Positions 61,411-64,000 of a DNA stretch of 64,000 nt are shown piece after piece. The DNA lies in assembly GCF_002571385.2 (NCBI RefSeq), contig NW_019217787.1, positions 1,839,896-1,903,895 on the forward strand. Direction: 5' to 3'. The notes beneath the pieces were generated by a model. The model made no database searches. It had not been told where the DNA came from and saw only the letters and a list, made by a program, of their open reading frames with translations. The stretch comes from Stylophora pistillata (lineage: Eukaryota). The translations under genes were made by a program, and so were the position numbers. Each line of letters opens with the position of its first letter. Position 1 is the stretch's first letter.

Positions 61411-64000
61411 ATGGCGGAGAATTGTTATTCAGTCAAGACAGCGCTTCGTGTAGGAATAGTGCAGATATTAGGCGGCCTAATAGGTGTCGGTATTGGCGCA
61501 TTTAATACTAGAGAAGAGGATCATCGAGCATTTTTTAGGTTTAAACCCGAAGGACTCCCAGTGTGGTCTGGAATATTGGTGGGTATGAAAATTAATTGTA
61601 CCGTGCGCGTACAGTGTTGTTCTGTGTAGGTTTGGAATTTTGAAAATAATTTCACAATGATAAACAAACTACATTTCAATTGGTTCTATCAGACTTGCGG
61701 TATCGGTATGGTAAACCTTTTCTGATCACCTTAAAATAATCTCGAATATTGTTTATTTTTGGCGACATGTATGAAGAGAAAAGTCTTTTTACAATTACCT
61801 TATCTTGCTACGCCACATCCTCTCTTTCAGTTGTTAATTTGAATAACAAAATGTGGATAGCTGTTACCCATATTTTTTTTACTTTCTAAGAAGTCTAAGG
61901 AATTATGCTACACTGTTTACATGGCATTCATGATCAGAAGAACCAACGTGATTTTGAGTTGTGTTTAATAGCAAGTGGAGGCGATTATTTGGATTTAAAT
62001 AAAAATTGCACTTATTTCAAAGTCACTTAATATTTTTATCAAAAAACGATCGATTATATAAATTGGGTCAATTTTTGTCCAGTTTCAATGCATTGATACA
62101 ATTCAGAATTTGTACTAATAACTATTTTTTCAACAACTGCTATAGTCGTTCCAAACTTTTAATATGTTTGCCTGTTATGGTGATGAAAACTCTTGAATTT
62201 ATAAAACCTTGAATGACGAGTTAATGTTTTTGATCAAGGTATGTCTAGATCAAGGTCACCTAATGGTCAAATTTCCTCTTCTAAAATGTTATACAAGTCT
62301 GGTTGAAGTGGCTAAGAATATATATGTAGCCATTTACAGGTGGCTCAAAATGAACATTTTCATTTGGGCTTCCTGTGGAAAATTTGGTTGCAGTCATCAT
62401 CTGTCTTCCAAAAAGGCACCTCTGGTGATCTAGGCAGGTGCTCCAACAGTTGCTCCAACAATTCATACAAAAGTCCTCTTATAGGATTTTTGGTTACTGG
62501 TAGCATTTTTTTTAGAGGTAAAATCCATACATGAGTCGATCAGTATGTTCTTGGAAACTTGAAATGTGGTTTTGGATAGGATGAAGTAACTTATCTTTAT
62601 CAAAACTAGTGTCTGGCAGTCACATGTTAATATTTGTATTGTCGCATGGGATATTTCTTGTTCGTAATTCAATGTGCTTATAGGAGTAATTTTTTTTTTA
62701 CAGTTTATTGTTACAGGAGGTGTGGGATGTCTTAGTTACAAACATGCCAAAAAATCAACTGTAAGTTAACTTTTTGACAGTTGCTGAGTATTAACCAATA
62801 CCTTCATAAGATAAAGTACAGCTTTAGAACCCAGAATCGTTAAGGGGCAGAATGAATAATAGCACACTATGATGAATAATAGCACACTTGACCCTTAAAC
62901 TCCCAGAAGTAACTTCTCCCCATAAAATCCATACATTATCCAGCAAACAGGTTATCAGATAACTCAAACTAATCAAGTACAAGTTGTTATCTTTTGATCT
63001 ACCTCAAAATTATTGTAACTAATTTACAAGGAAATGTCTAGCAGCTTGAGGGGAGAATTTAGATACAGATCTTGGGAGTGAAAGAGTTAAGTGGAGGCAT
63101 AGTTTATGAAAACATCAAGGCAGTGACTTAAATCTCCAGTCTTCGTCACCACCATAGAAATATTTTCTCCTCCCTGAGAGAAAATAAAAACATTGGACAG
63201 TAAGCTCAGGGAACAACTTTCCCCCACGAGTTATATTCTATGGTTGGAAACTCTGTCATATTACAAACTTGTCTTACAGGAGAAAAAAATTTTATCTTCA
63301 TATTGTTGGCTAAATCTACACTGGAGACTAGAGAAATTTTAAGCAAAATGAGATAATCATAATCCATTGATTATTTCCACCTACAGGTGTACAATCGGTA
63401 TAAATGCCCCACATGGCTGGATATGACATTTATAAATTCCTCTTTAACCTTTACATATTAACATCAATATGCATATTCTCCCAAGTATTCTCTTTGCATT
63501 TCATAGTTACTTAGCAGGAGAATTTTCTTAATAATTCAGAGCTTCCTTGCAATCATTTCCTTTTTTGACATGACCTTACTGTGCAATTCAGGGGTGATAT
63601 ATTGTGGGGGGAAATTAGATGCCAATCTCACATAGGGGTCCAGGGGTTAAATGTTAAATGTCAGCATCCCTTTTGAGCAGTAAGGTGTTCACTAACATTT
63701 CTGTCCTCTAGCTTTGCTCTAAGAAACACACAGGGCCAAATGGAGGCTTTGTCTATAATTTTATTTTGAGTATATAATCAGTGTATTTCCTTGTAGGTCG
63801 TTTGATAATTTTCAGTATATTATGTCCTTGCAGATTCATTTCTTTCTGATGTTTTGTATTTTGACGGTTATAACAAGTATCTTGATGTTCTGGATCATTT
63901 TGCCACTGATTGTGTCGGGGAAGCAAGAAGTATCATGGAACTTATTTTTTGGTTCATTCCTTGGTGTTGTGGCAATTATATTTGTTGTGAGCATGAAAGG
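61411..64000 (+). CDS. MS4A/CD20-like multi-pass membrane protein, 5' part (runs off the window)
   Basis: Exons 61411-61578 (..LRVGIVQILGGLIGVGIG..GLPVWSGIL), 62704-62760 (FIVTGGVGCLSYKHAKKST) and from 63834 (IHFFLMFCILTVITSILMFWIILPL). G..QI..G and G.P.W.G..FI..G are CD20-family patterns. The end of exon 3 is not determined. Confidence 0.65.

Overview
Eukaryotic, intron-rich, AT-rich animal DNA with one 495-N assembly gap. The repeat style and gene set suggest a stony coral; this is inference, not shown directly. Seven protein genes can be assembled by hand with GT-AG splice sites and consistent reading frames: the last coding exon of lipin (+), a ZNF704/ZNF395/SLC2A4RG-family C-clamp transcription factor (+, 5 exons), EXTL3 (+, 5 exons), microsomal epoxide hydrolase EPHX1 (+, 4 exons), mitochondrial carrier SLC25A16 (+, 9 exons), an SNX19-like PXA-PX-PXC sorting nexin (-, 10 exons), and the first exons of an MS4A/CD20-like membrane protein (+), head-to-head with the SNX gene. 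Mobile DNA includes CR1/L2 and RTE LINE remnants, a solo LTR with a 5-bp TSD, a palindromic Kolobok-type MITE, an ISL2EU-like deletion derivative with a Penelope RT filler, several other MITEs, a tRNA-derived SINE and a 40-bp minisatellite. Three observations stand out. (1) At 20155-20935 there is a very young insertion of a 251-bp tRNA-like unit, present as two tandem copies plus one inverted, circularly permuted copy, bracketed by a 12-bp target-site duplication. This fits retrotransposition of a multimeric or circular tRNA-containing RNA. (2) The C-clamp factor has an N-terminal Tudor-like module that appears to keep the 53BP1-type methyl-lysine cage. (3) The ZNF395-like and EXTL3 genes are neighbours, echoing human 8p21.
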